64,000 nucleotides of DNA from Camelus dromedarius (lineage: Eukaryota): NCBI RefSeq assembly GCF_036321535.1, contig NC_087436.1:51214001-51278000 (forward strand), given 5' to 3'. The notes under the pieces were generated by a model. That model did not search any database. It was not told the origin of the DNA and worked only from the letters and a program-made list of their open reading frames with translations. The position numbers and the translations under genes were made by a program. The stretch's first letter is position 1; every line of letters begins with the position of its first letter. This document shows positions 53,420 through 64,000 of this stretch, piece by piece.

Positions 53420-54050
53420 TAATAGTTGAAATCTGAAAAATATAATAGCTGAAATAAAGACCTCCATAGAGGGGTTAAGTAGCTGAATAGATATGATGGA
53501 AGATAAGTTAGGGAGCTGGAAGGTGAGGTCCAGGACCTTTCTTGAAAGGTGTCAGAAAGGGATAAAGAGATGGACCATATAACAAAAAATTAAGAATTAT
53601 GGAAAATAGAAGTAGCATCAATAGCTGAACAAGTGGTGTTTCAGGTGGCAAGACAAACAGTGAACAGAGAGAAGGAAATAACTGAAAAAAATTATGAATA
53701 AGACTTCCTTAAACTAAGGAAAAGTATTCACACACTGAATGGACAGATTTCAGGCCGTGTGAAACAGAGTAGAGAAATGATAACTTATACCCATGCATGT
53801 GATGTGAAATGTAAGAAAAACTAAGTCTAAAAGAAAAATTCCAATAGCTTCCAGAGATTAAAAGCAGATCTTTTTCCTCTAACAAAAAATTCATTGTTAT
53901 CAGATTGTACAATAGCAATGTTGGATCATGGAATACTATTTTCAGAGTGTTGAATAAGAAGACATTTGAATCTAGAATTTTTCCCAGCTGGATTATAATT
54001 TAAATGCACAGAAAAAAATTCATGACATGCACAATGCTTCAGAAGATTTA
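53420..54050 (+). mobile_element. Ancient L1/HAL1 ORF1-like fragment
   Basis: A-rich decayed ORF1-like text (gaaataaagacctccatagaggggttaag...gagctggaagg). Confidence 0.5.
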
Positions 54051-54085
54051 CCACACAATGAGTCTTTTAAAAAATACTCTAAGAG

Positions 54086-54306
54086 CAAGAGTCAGAAAGC
54101 TGTGGGCTGTGGGCCAAAACTGGTTCCCCCAGTGTTTTCACCAATAACATTTTATTGGGACACAGTGCCACTCATTCGCTTATGTATAATCTATGGCTTC
54201 TTTCCTGTTCTGATGGCAGACCTGAGTAGTTAATGACAGACTGGACCATCTACAAGCCTAAGATATTTGTTATCAGGTCCTTTGCAGAAAAGTTTGTCTC
54301 CTCCTG
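54086..54306. mobile_element. MER58A-like DNA transposon
   Basis: ctgtgggccaaa...ttttattgggacacag...cctttgcagaaaagtttgtc. Confidence 0.75.
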
Positions 54307-55610
54307 CTCCAGGACAAAGCACTCAAGCAAGAAGAGAAACAAATCTAGGGTGCTTTGAGATGAGGGAAGTTAGCATGAGTAACTAACTTGGTAAGGTTTC
54401 CTGTTTAAATTAACAAAGGATGAAGAGAAGCTAAACTATATCCCAAACAATCCAGACCTAAAGCATTTTACGTGATGCCCGTATGCTTGTGGAGGGACCA
54501 GAGGAGGCAGGTTAATGCTGAAGCTTTCGCCTTGTTCAGGCAGCACTACAGCAGACAGGGCTTCATGTCTGTGCTGCATGATGACATCACACCAAAGACG
54601 CATCATTTACATTACATAAACATCTTAGACAGATCATTAGGGCCTGCGTTCTGGCCCTCACATCACTGTCTTAATGGCCAATGCGTGGAGTGGAGACCTG
54701 AGTCGAATGGGCCCCTTGGATATGATGCCTGAGCTGCGGAGAGGAGCACATGTGTGCCTTCAGGGAGGCAGGGCTGCTGCTCACCAGGGCTCCAGAAAAC
54801 CCCCAGGCTGATTTAAAACATTTTTTTCCTCAAGAAGGGTTGCCCTTCTCTAATTCACACACAATTGCTAGCTGTGAGTTGGCCCTTGACATTTTAAAAG
54901 GGAACAATTTAGCTCTGGATAGGCTTAAAATGTTAGGAAAAAGTAAACAGATATGTGTTATCAGTAAATTAGTGATAACCACCGGAAGTGTAGAAATAAA
55001 CCAGCTAAAAAATAATCTATTCATCCAATGGAAGATAGGAAAGGAGAGAGTGGGAAATAAGAGAATATGCAAAAGGAATGTACAATAGTCTATCAGGAAG
55101 AAATCCAAATGCAACAGTAATTACAATAAATATAAATGCATAAAACTGATCCAAAGACATAGATGCTCAGATTAGATTTTAAAATGACGATTGTTAGGCA
55201 AGAGAATCAAATAACTATCTCCATGGAAACATTGACATGACATGGTAGTTGTCAAGTGATAGTTATTACTGGTTTTTTTTCCTGTATAAAGTTAATTATT
55301 CAGAATCAAAGCAATATCTAATATCCTGGAGTCAGAGGTAGGCATCCTAAGGTTTTTTCTTCCAATTAATGATTTGTTCCAGCAGTGACTCTTCTCAGCA
55401 AAGTCTTAATATGATCGAGTGATAGAAAAGAAAACTCTTACGATAATTTTTAAGAGAATCTTCTATATGGAAAAATGTTCTGCCTTACTAAAAGTAAAAC
55501 TTAATTAAACAATACCAAATATCATAACTTTGGAAATGGAATTTTGATTAACTTGCTCAGAACCAAATTTGTCAGAAAAGAGCTGTCAGCTGTGATATGA
55601 GGATGATTAA

Positions 55611-56160
55611 AATGAGTGTGTAGTCACAGAAAAATTCACAGTCTCACATATTTTGCAAAAGAGTTGACTAGTTCTTGATGAAGAACAGAGAAGCTATGAT
55701 TCAATGAGTCCTTTATTACATGACTGCTTGTTAAAAGTATTGGTTGATTTCTTCCATAAACTCAATTTTTTTCTAGTTAATTTTTTGTCATTAGGTGGCA
55801 AACTACTGAATATGATGTAGTACTGTTCCACACAGCAGGAACTGAAAATTTCCCCTGTTTCTATGATTAAAAACTACATAAAAAAGAATGGGAGCACACA
55901 TTGGGCAATATATAATTGGAGAATAATTATGAATTTCCAGTAGCAATAAGCACTTAGTTTTAAAAATGTATCTTAGTGCTAAATGTAAAGTCATACAGAG
56001 GGCACATTCTGCTTTTCTGGACCTGGTGAAACAAAAGCCATTCTGAACAGTACTTACTGAGATTGATTACCACTTTTGTCCTTCACAATGTTGTCTAATA
56101 TCTTAGAATGTGTACCCTGCAGAGCTACAAAATTTCCACTCTTTTGCTACACCTGGAGTG
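55611..56160 (+). pseudogene. Two phase-compatible candidate pseudo-exons (...-55736 and 55999-56160)
   Basis: ...HILQKS*LVLDEEQRSYDSMSPLLHDCLLK|gtatt, then tacag|RAHSAFLDLVKQKPF*TVLTEIDYHF...*NVYPAELQ...|gtaaag. Resembles the CNBD motif FL-ILKK-P--RT--EI...YP--LQ. Confidence 0.4.
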
Positions 56161-57321
56161 GTAAAGGGAGAGAAAGATAACCTTCAGGGAACAGTCACAT
56201 TATAATAGTAACCATTATGTATTCTGTTCATCTGCAAATGTTTTCTACAATTAAATTATAAAACCTCCAAATATCCCAATGCCATGAAACTTTATAACTA
56301 GAGAAATAGAAAAAAAAAAGTTTAATGAGTTTACAAAAGGCATTTAACTAGGAGCCAGATCAAGCCATTTCTGTTGGTTACCACAATCAAAATGGTAAAA
56401 GAAAGACATATCATCTGAGACTACAGAAGAATTTGGGAACCAAATTTGTTAGACTTGGGTCTATAGTCAACACTTTGTGTCTGATAAGGAGTTAAATTAA
56501 ACCTAGGGAAATTGCAGGACTGGAGAGAGGAAATAGAAAAGACTGGCTGGTGAGGGCAGAGCATCTGGTGAGTTAAACTTTATGTAGAACTGGGAAGAGA
56601 GGAGAAATCATGAGGCCCTCTGTGATATGATTAGCACGTTAGAGAGGTGCTGGGAGAGGACGTCATTAGAACCACTCTAGAATCCATGCTAAGTTCATTG
56701 ATAGAACTTCATGACAATATTTCCAAAGCCCTGGGGGATATAGTTCTCTCTCCATATTTGTGCTTTAAGAAGATCACTTTGGAGAAATTTGAAGAATGAC
56801 TTGGAAAGGAGAATGGGCCAGAAGTTAGGATGCTTTGGAGTAAACCAGGCAAGAGATGGAGGTGGTCCAGATAAATCGCTGGGAGAACAGAGTTAGGGTG
56901 ACAGGAGTTGATGATTGATCAGATACTGTAAGAAAAGAAGAAGAAGGCAGAGTTGATGATTTGGGCAGCTGGTGGGTGATGATACCATTCTTTGAGACAA
57001 GGGAAGTTGAAAGGAGACTACAATTGCATGAGAGTACATATATAGAATTTTAGGCTTACCTTGTGCCTGAATTGCCTTCTGTTTCAAGGATTCGAACTCT
57101 TCCTTCTTCACATTGCACAGTTTGGTTATTTCAAGACTTCCATCATTATTTGCTTATTTTCTCTTTCTCTCCTTGTGATGTATTGTGATTTTATTCCATT
57201 GACGTATATCGTGGGTCAAATCTTTTTTTTTTTTTGTTAGCCCCAACTCTAAGTTTTCATATACTCCAAGAAAAGGAGAAAACTATTATTAACTGCACTC
57301 TCTCTTTCAAATCTCTCCTTT

Positions 57322-57454
57322 GTTTTTTTTTTGGGGGGGGGGGGGATGGTGGTAATTAGGTTTATTTACTTAATTTTTTAAAGGAGGTACTGGAGATTGA
57401 ACCAGGCCCATCATGTATGCTATGCACACATTCTACCACTGAGCTATACCCTCC
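57322..57454 (-). mobile_element. vic-1-like SINE
   Basis: Reverse A and B boxes (ttctaccactgagctataccctcc); imperfect TSD ttcaaatctctccttt and ttcaaatttctacttt. Confidence 0.8.
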
Positions 57455-57714
57455 TCACTTCAAATTTCTACTTTGAATTAACATTTCTAACTCATTAGGA
57501 CTTTAAGATGCCTAGAAATAATTGTCTTCACATGGGCCTTTTAATCATCATTATGCATCAGTTGCTTGGAAATGTGTAGCTTATTTTTAGATTGATTATG
57601 AAAAATTAGCATCAGTCACACTGAACCACGAATATCTTTACAGTTGAACTGTGACAGCCATCAAGACCTAAAGCCTGAAAGGGAAAGAGATGGTACAATG
57701 AACAACTCTCCTAT

Positions 57715-58239
57715 TGTATTATTTTTCTATTGCTACTATACAAAATTACACACATTACATTAAATTACACATTTAGTGACAACACAAAACACGTCTGTTA
57801 ATTTACAGTTCTGTAGGTCAGAGTCTGACAAGAGACTTGACTGCACTAAAATCAAACCAATGGCAGGTCTGTGTACTTTTTTCAAGGGCTTTAAGAGGGA
57901 ATCCATTTGTTTTTGCCTTTTCCAGCTTCTAGAAGCCACTGGCATTTCTTGACTTGTGGTCCCCTTCCTCCATCTTCAGAGCTGTAAATGGTGGGTCAAG
58001 TCCATTGCATCACTCTGACCTCCTCTTCTGCTTCCGTTGCCCACTTTTAAGGGCCCTTGTGATCACATTGGGCCCACTGGATAGTCCACGATAAGCTATT
58101 TTTAAGGTCAGCGGATTTAGAACCTTAATTCCATTTGCAACATTAATTCCCATTTGCCATGTTACAGAACATAGTCACAGATTCCAGGGACTAGGACAGG
58201 ACATCTTTGGAGCAGGGGAATCATTATTCTGCCTGTCAC
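57715..58239. mobile_element. MLT1-type LTR
   Basis: tacagttctgtaggtcagagtctgac...ttccagcttctagaagcc...attattctgcctgtcaca. Confidence 0.8.
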
Positions 58240-58289
58240 ACTTATGAAAGACAATTAAATAGTGTTTTAATTGTTAAGGTTTTTCTTCT

Positions 58290-58990
58290 CTTTTTTGAAT
58301 TTAATCTCATCAAGGTCATCAATAACTTCTACACTGCAAAGTAAAGTGGAGAGTTCTCAGTTCTCAACTTCGCTCTACCTAAGAGCAGCTTTGGCTCATG
58401 AATGATTTGCTTCTCCTTAACACCCACCCGTTCTTCCCCTGGCTTTCACCACGTTGCACCCTCATGACCTTCCCTCTGTGTCATGGGCTACTTCTTCTCA
58501 GTCTCCCTTGCTGGAAGTTCCCATTTTCCCTGAGCATGTAATGTTAGATTGCCCCCATGAGAGTTTTTTGTCCTTTATTTTCAGCATCTATCCTCACTTC
58601 CTTGGCAACCTCATTGACTCTTAAGGCTTTAAATATCACTCACATGCTGACAATTTTCATACTTTTATTACCATGCCCAGACCTCTCAAATTCCAGGCTT
58701 GTATATTCAGCTGCATCCATTGCAGCTTCACATGAAAATCTAACAAGCATTCCAAAGTCTGTATGTTAAAAACTGCACTCTGGCTCTTTCCTTCTAAATC
58801 TGTCCCCTTTGTGGTTTTTTCCCTATCTCAACTGATGTCAACTCCATAATTCCAGGTTCTTAGGACAAAAATCTTGTAGTTGCCCTTGAATTCTTTCTCA
58901 TACCCCCTCTGTCAGGAAATCCTGTGGCTCTGCCTTTAAGATATAATCAGAATTCATCACTTCTCAATACCTTAACTACTAGCATCTTGG
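58290..58990 (+). mobile_element. L2 fragment
   Basis: Similar to the L2 copy at 41.4-42.2 kb (catcaaggtcatcaataac..., aactccat...). Confidence 0.6.
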
Positions 58991-59238
58991 TCTATGAACT
59001 GTTTACAAGACCTCATGATCCAGACAATACTGGTGAAAGTTGTTCCTTGCAATAAGGAACACCATTCTCAGAAGCATGATGTACAAAAATTGAAAACTTG
59101 TTCTTCTTCATGCAGGCAAAATCTTAACACTTTTATCATATCTTTTATACACCTTATAGTTTCCTGGATAAATGCACCTTACAGTACAAAACTTTCTTTA
59201 ATTCCATTTCCAAGATGTTTCATTTTTTAAAAAGAAAG

Positions 59239-60045
59239 GAAAGTCATCTGACTTTGAAAATCATAGCAGAATTCCATTGCTTTCCATGACTGGCCAAAGC
59301 CAGAAATGTCCTGGAGATGTTTGTGGCCAGGGAAGACACTGAACGTTTATCAAACTACATCGACATTATCTTCAGTGGTTTGAAAAATACAAGATCCTGA
59401 TTATGGAGGCAGGCAAATATCAGCTTACAATATTTTATGTACTCCTTTATATGTGTCCCAAATATCTAGATAATTCATGACCAGAGTATTAGGTTAAATC
59501 TGATACACTGAAATAATTTTTAATTACAGAGAATACTGCCTTTGATTTCATTATCAATTTGACCTCCCATGAAGATGGAGGAAAGTGAAATTTGCAGCCC
59601 AGGTAGAGATTATGTCAAAGTTCCTGCTTCGATTGATATGATGAACTATATATTTTGAATGTTTTTTTACTACTACAAAGTTTTGTATTTCTAGTTGCTG
59701 GTTCTGATTAAGTTTTTCCTTCTTCCTGTGTCCTCCTGGGGATGTCTGTTTGAGATTAATATTCTAGGAAAAATATTCTTTAGCTATCTTTCACAAAGCT
59801 TTCTTCATGGCATTTTTTAAAAAACAGAAATATTTAAAATTAATTGCTATGGCTTGCACACTGGAACTTCCCAAGCCAACCCCAATGTTTCTCAGAATAT
59901 TGATGAGAATGCACAGCTTGTCCCCAGTGATGGTACTAAACTTTTCTTGGCTATTCTCTAAAAGGATCCATCAAAGGAGAGAAAGAAGATGGCTTGGGGT
60001 CTCTGAAACAAAACACGATTAAGAAAATTTTTAGGATGAGAAACA
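59239..60045 (+). pseudogene. Three closely spaced, phase-compatible candidate pseudo-exons (59239-59412, 59530-59602, 59828-~60045)
   Basis: Spliced translation ESHLTLKIIAEFHCFP*LAKARNVLEMFVAREDTERLSNYIDIIFSGLKNTRS*LWRQ / RILPLISLSI*PPMKMEESEICSP / EIFKINCYGLHTGTSQANPNVSQNIDENAQLVPSDGTKLFLAIL*KDPSKER... The first donor is GC. Confidence 0.4.
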
Positions 60046-60534
60046 GTAATAAATAATTAAAAGTAAAATACATAAAGTCTCAATATCTAGGATTACAGGT
60101 TTGAAAGAGCACTTAGAAGGGAGAGAGGAAGACAGCTCTTGTTAGGCACGTCAATTGCTAGTCCTTCATTTTAGGATTTTCTAGGCATTGAGCAATACAG
60201 GTCTGGTGAAACCACAGGAAAGGCAGGCATTATGGTCTCTGCTCTTATGTTTGTGTATGCCAGTGGCTGTCCTGCTAACTCAGACAATACCAATACCTCC
60301 TTTTCATTTGGGATCTGACTCCCAGCCCAAAGACATCTTGGGAGGCTAACATGGATTAGGAGACAGCAACTGCTCAGCCAGATTTAGCATCTCCATCAAA
60401 TAGGTGATCAAACTTCCTAGATACTTGAGTAAAGTGGCAGGTAGCATTCCTAATAGAGGATTGCCACGGGTACTCTCATCCCGTCTTTTAAAATACCAAA
60501 GGTATGGTACAAATTGGCTTCTAGTACACTTCGT

Positions 60535-61380
60535 ATACTGCCCCCTTATCTGTGGGAGATATATTACAAGACCCCCCAGTGGATGCTTGAAACCATGGAT
60601 AGTACTGAATCCAATATATGCTATGTTTTTTCCCTATACATACATACCTATGGTAAAGTTTAATTTTTAAACTAGATACAGTAGGAAATTAACAACAATA
60701 ACTAATAATAAAATAGAACAATTATAATAATATGCTGTAATAAAAGTTATGGGAATGGGGGCTCTGTCTCTCTCTCTCAAAATATATTATTGCACAAATT
60801 TAATTCCTTTTCCATCTTAACTGAGCACTTATCACACTGTGACCCTAACTTTTACAGTTTGAGGTGCAACAGCAAAATTAGAATGAATTTCTTTTTTCTT
60901 CTTCACAATTTCATGGATAAAAGATTTGTTCTTACCATAGTCCTTAGCAGCCTCAGCATACAATTTTTTTCTTTTCCTTATTAAGTCGAAAACTTTTGCC
61001 TTTCACTTAAAAGAAGCACTTTATGGATTTTCTTTGACATTTCTGAATGCCCACATCACTACTCTGGGTCGTTGGGGCCATTATTAAGCAAATATGTGTG
61101 ACTTGAACAAAAGCACTGTGATAGCACAAAGATGATCTGATAACCGAGCTGGCTACTCAGCTACTCACCAGTGGGATATGCTGGACAGAGGGATAATTCA
61201 TGATCTTGGCAGGATGGATCCAGATGGTACAAGAGTTCATCACGCTATTGAGAATGCTGTACAACTTAAAACTTATGAATTGTTTTTTTTCTGTAATTTT
61301 CCATTTAATATTTTCAGATGGAGGTTAATAGGAGGTAACTTAAACTACAGAAAGCAAAAATGGATAAAGGGGCACAACTG
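60535..61380. mobile_element. MER44/Tigger7-like TcMar DNA transposon
   Basis: Termini cccccttatctgtggg...caagacccccagtgg and ggataaaggggcacaactg followed by TA. Confidence 0.8.
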
Positions 61381-61717
61381 TACTCCTACAGTTGATGCTG
61401 GGCTGGATATAGATGTTAAATGTGATATCTCTGGAGCTAAACTCTCTGGGCTTATCTGCAGGCTCACCAATTACTGATTGTATAAGCTTGGACAAATTAG
61501 ATAATTCCTCTGTTTTTCAGTTTCCTTACTTACAATATGGGAATAATGATGGTACCTGCCTCATAAGATTGTTGAGAGGATTAAATTAACATTCTTAAGT
61601 AAATGTTGGCTAATATCATTGAAATGAGTGGTTCAAAATTTTAGCAATGAAATCTTTAAGTAAAGGTTAAAGCCATATTATCTACTCTAAAGTAAGAATG
61701 CCTATTTTAATCTCCAG

Positions 61718-61849
61718 AGTTCTGAAAAATACTAGATTGAACATTTTTACCAATGTTGAAATAAACCATGTTGTGAGAAGGGACCCTGGTGATCAGAAAT
61801 AGTTGCCTGAGACTTTGGTAGGGTAATCTCAGTATTTCTACCTGGAAGA
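61718..61849 (+). pseudogene. Candidate pseudo-exon (second-CNB-domain-like)
   Basis: Acceptor aatctccag| and donor AGA|GTAAGT. Reads VLKNTRLNIFTNVEINHVVR then, with a frameshift, GTLVIRNSCLRLW (cf. HYFRRGTVIVKDS----W in CNBD2-like proteins, recalled). Confidence 0.35.
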
Positions 61850-62739
61850 GTAAGTTCTGAAGCCCAAAACTAACATCAGAATTAATTTTGTCTAAGTCTG
61901 TTATGTAATATTGATGTTTAAGAGCTTGAAATTTTTAAATGCCAGAAGCAATTGAAAAAAAAGTAGATAATCTTATTTTGAATTTGTGCTCCTGCTACTA
62001 CTTGGTAACTGGGATAGCCTTGTGCATAAAATGATAATGTGACATGCTTGATATTTTAACTATGTGCTGCATCTGATGGTTGATGATTCTAGTGAATCTG
62101 ACATATTCTGTTGCTTTGTAAGTGCTATGGTATGGAGACTGATTTACTGTCCCTGGTTCTCTCCTCTGACTTAAAAATGATTGCTTCCTCCTCCAAAATC
62201 CCAAAGAACTTTTTTTCTTGCTTACAGTCATCAAGGCCTACAATTTTTGTAGTTACTTAATTTGCAGGATAGAATATTTATTTCTAGATCAGTGTTTGAA
62301 ATTAGAATTATTAGGTAAAATTCTCAGTTAAAACTCTTACAGTGTAACCTTGAGCAGGTCATCTAACCATTTTCTATGACACTTTCCTTGTATCTAAAAT
62401 GGAGGTTAACATCAGTACTCACTTCACAGAGTTATGAGAATTGAAGATGTTAATAACATGTAAATATACTTAGGAAAGTGCTTTACATATGCACATCATT
62501 CATTCCATTAGGTTGAATTAGAATTGAAATGTGGTTTTATTACCTTTTCTCGAGTTACAGTGAAAACTAAAAATAATCACACATTTAACTAACTTGAACT
62601 TCTATTAACTACATCACCAAATAACACAAACAGCATTATACTGAAAAACTAGAAATGAAAGGATATTGGAAAAGATTGAAAGGAAGATTCTTATAATGTC
62701 AATTATATATATATGGTCATTGATTTTCAATTTTATTTT

Positions 62740-64000
62740 CATATATAACTTGAAAACCTACCTACAACAAACAACTGGAAATTATGGTTAAAATATAACA
62801 AACTTCCTTTTGAATGCATAGCTGAACTTATAGAAAATTTAGTGACATCCACGTGGTCAAAACAAAGAATGAACTAATATAGAGGTAATACTGTGATGTT
62901 AAAGCGACTAGAACACTTGGATTTAATGGCTGTATGAGGCAGGGCCTTAGAACCTGGACTTTAACAACACAGAGTAGGAACTGAGACCTCTCCAAAAGCT
63001 GCATCCCTAGTAAAAGTATGAACAAGAAAAAAAAAAATCTGCCTACAAAGATGGGAGATTATATATTTCTATTTAGTTCTTTTGTGGAAAGAAACTCTCT
63101 TAATAATTTGTAGTCATATTTTGGCCATGTGTGTGAGGTTTGAATGTACACTAACTGCATGGTACAGAAGTCACCAAGCTGAGAAGTGGAACATAAGAAA
63201 GAATGACTGGCAGAAGCAAATACAAACTCTTTTGGTTATGTTCACCCTAAACTTAGGCTGCACAAGATCGTCACAAATAGAACCCCTCACAATCCAAAAG
63301 ACACAGGGAAATCTACTTATGGTTAGTGTGATAGACACACAAACAGTAGAATTAGATACCTAAGGACTTATCAGTAGATATAAGAATTATTAATAGGCAC
63401 TATGAAATATGTTTGTTTATGATGAAATATGTATGTTTAAGGAGATATGAAAATGAATCAATATTGTAACAAAGGAAAGCATTATAAATAAAAAGTATGT
63501 TTAAAAGGAACAAAGTTGAACTTCCAGAAATGAAAAGAAAAAAAAAGCTATTAAACTACAATGGAGAGGGACATAGTTGAAAAGCGAATTAATAAATTGT
63601 AAAATAGATCTGAAGAAATTAGCCAGAGGAGAAATAAAGGGTTAAAGAGACAGAAAATCTGAAGCAGAGGTTGAACAATGTGGCCTATATTTCGAGAAGA
63701 CAAAACATATATTTAATGAGTTTGAGACAGAAAATTTAGAGAATGAGAGAGATTCAACAAATGTTGAGAGCCTTCTTTCTCTATTCAAAGATTATTATGA
63801 GTGCTTAGAATGTATCAGTGAACAAAGCAAATAAAGGTACTTACATTCATGTTGCTCATATTCTAGAACAGAGAACAGAAAATTAAAAACTATATACATA
63901 TATACATTACAAATACATAAAATATAGAGTGTGTTGAATAGCAAATATGTTATAGAAAAAGTAAATAATAAAGTAGGATAAGGGATATGGGAGGGCATGG
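62740..64000 (+). mobile_element. Ancient L1 5'/ORF1-like fragments
   Basis: A-rich decayed ORF1-like text (gaacttccagaaatgaaaa...aatagatctgaagaaattagccag). Confidence 0.45.

Larger units (their letters stand above)
25951..61849 (+). pseudogene. Candidate decayed multi-exon gene encoding cyclic-nucleotide-binding (CNBD1/CNBD2-like) domains
   Basis: Several splice-site-bounded non-repeat segments translate, with stops and frameshifts, to CNB-family-like motifs (see the individual pseudo-exons). Eyeball similarity only; may extend beyond the window. Confidence 0.4.

Noticed and set aside
59239..60045. In-frame TGA codons read as selenocysteine or readthrough
   Set aside because: TAA stops and frameshifts also occur and no SECIS was seen; decay of CGA codons or chance is simpler.
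16000..64000. Exons of BANK1, the expected downstream neighbour
   Set aside because: No BANK1-like peptide recognised on either strand; it probably lies beyond the window.

Overview
Mammalian genomic DNA, probably a camelid: four copies of a tRNA-derived SINE resemble the tylopod vic-1 family (inference from recall, no search run). The only intact protein-coding sequence is the 3' end of SLC39A8 (ZIP8 metal transporter) on the + strand: the last three coding exons are 10406-10613, 10818-11002 and 14069-14218, and the 3' UTR runs to about 15.8 kb. Bases 1-10405 are a long upstream intron containing a decayed ERV-L pol fragment and L1s. The rest is repeat-rich (L1, L2, MIR, MaLR/ERV LTRs, hAT and Tigger elements); several insertions have readable target-site duplications and internal inversions. 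The most interesting candidate is a possible decayed multi-exon gene on the + strand. It starts at an orphan CpG island (~25.2-25.8 kb) and is read from scattered splice-site-bounded segments (26.0, 48.6, 55.6-56.2, 59.2-60.0, 61.7 kb). Their stop- and frameshift-interrupted translations resemble cyclic-nucleotide-binding-domain proteins (CNBD1/CNBD2-like), and RFX X-box motifs lie inside the locus. This call rests on eyeball alignment and needs a homology search. Repeat family names are from memory of consensus sequences, and boundaries without TSDs are approximate.
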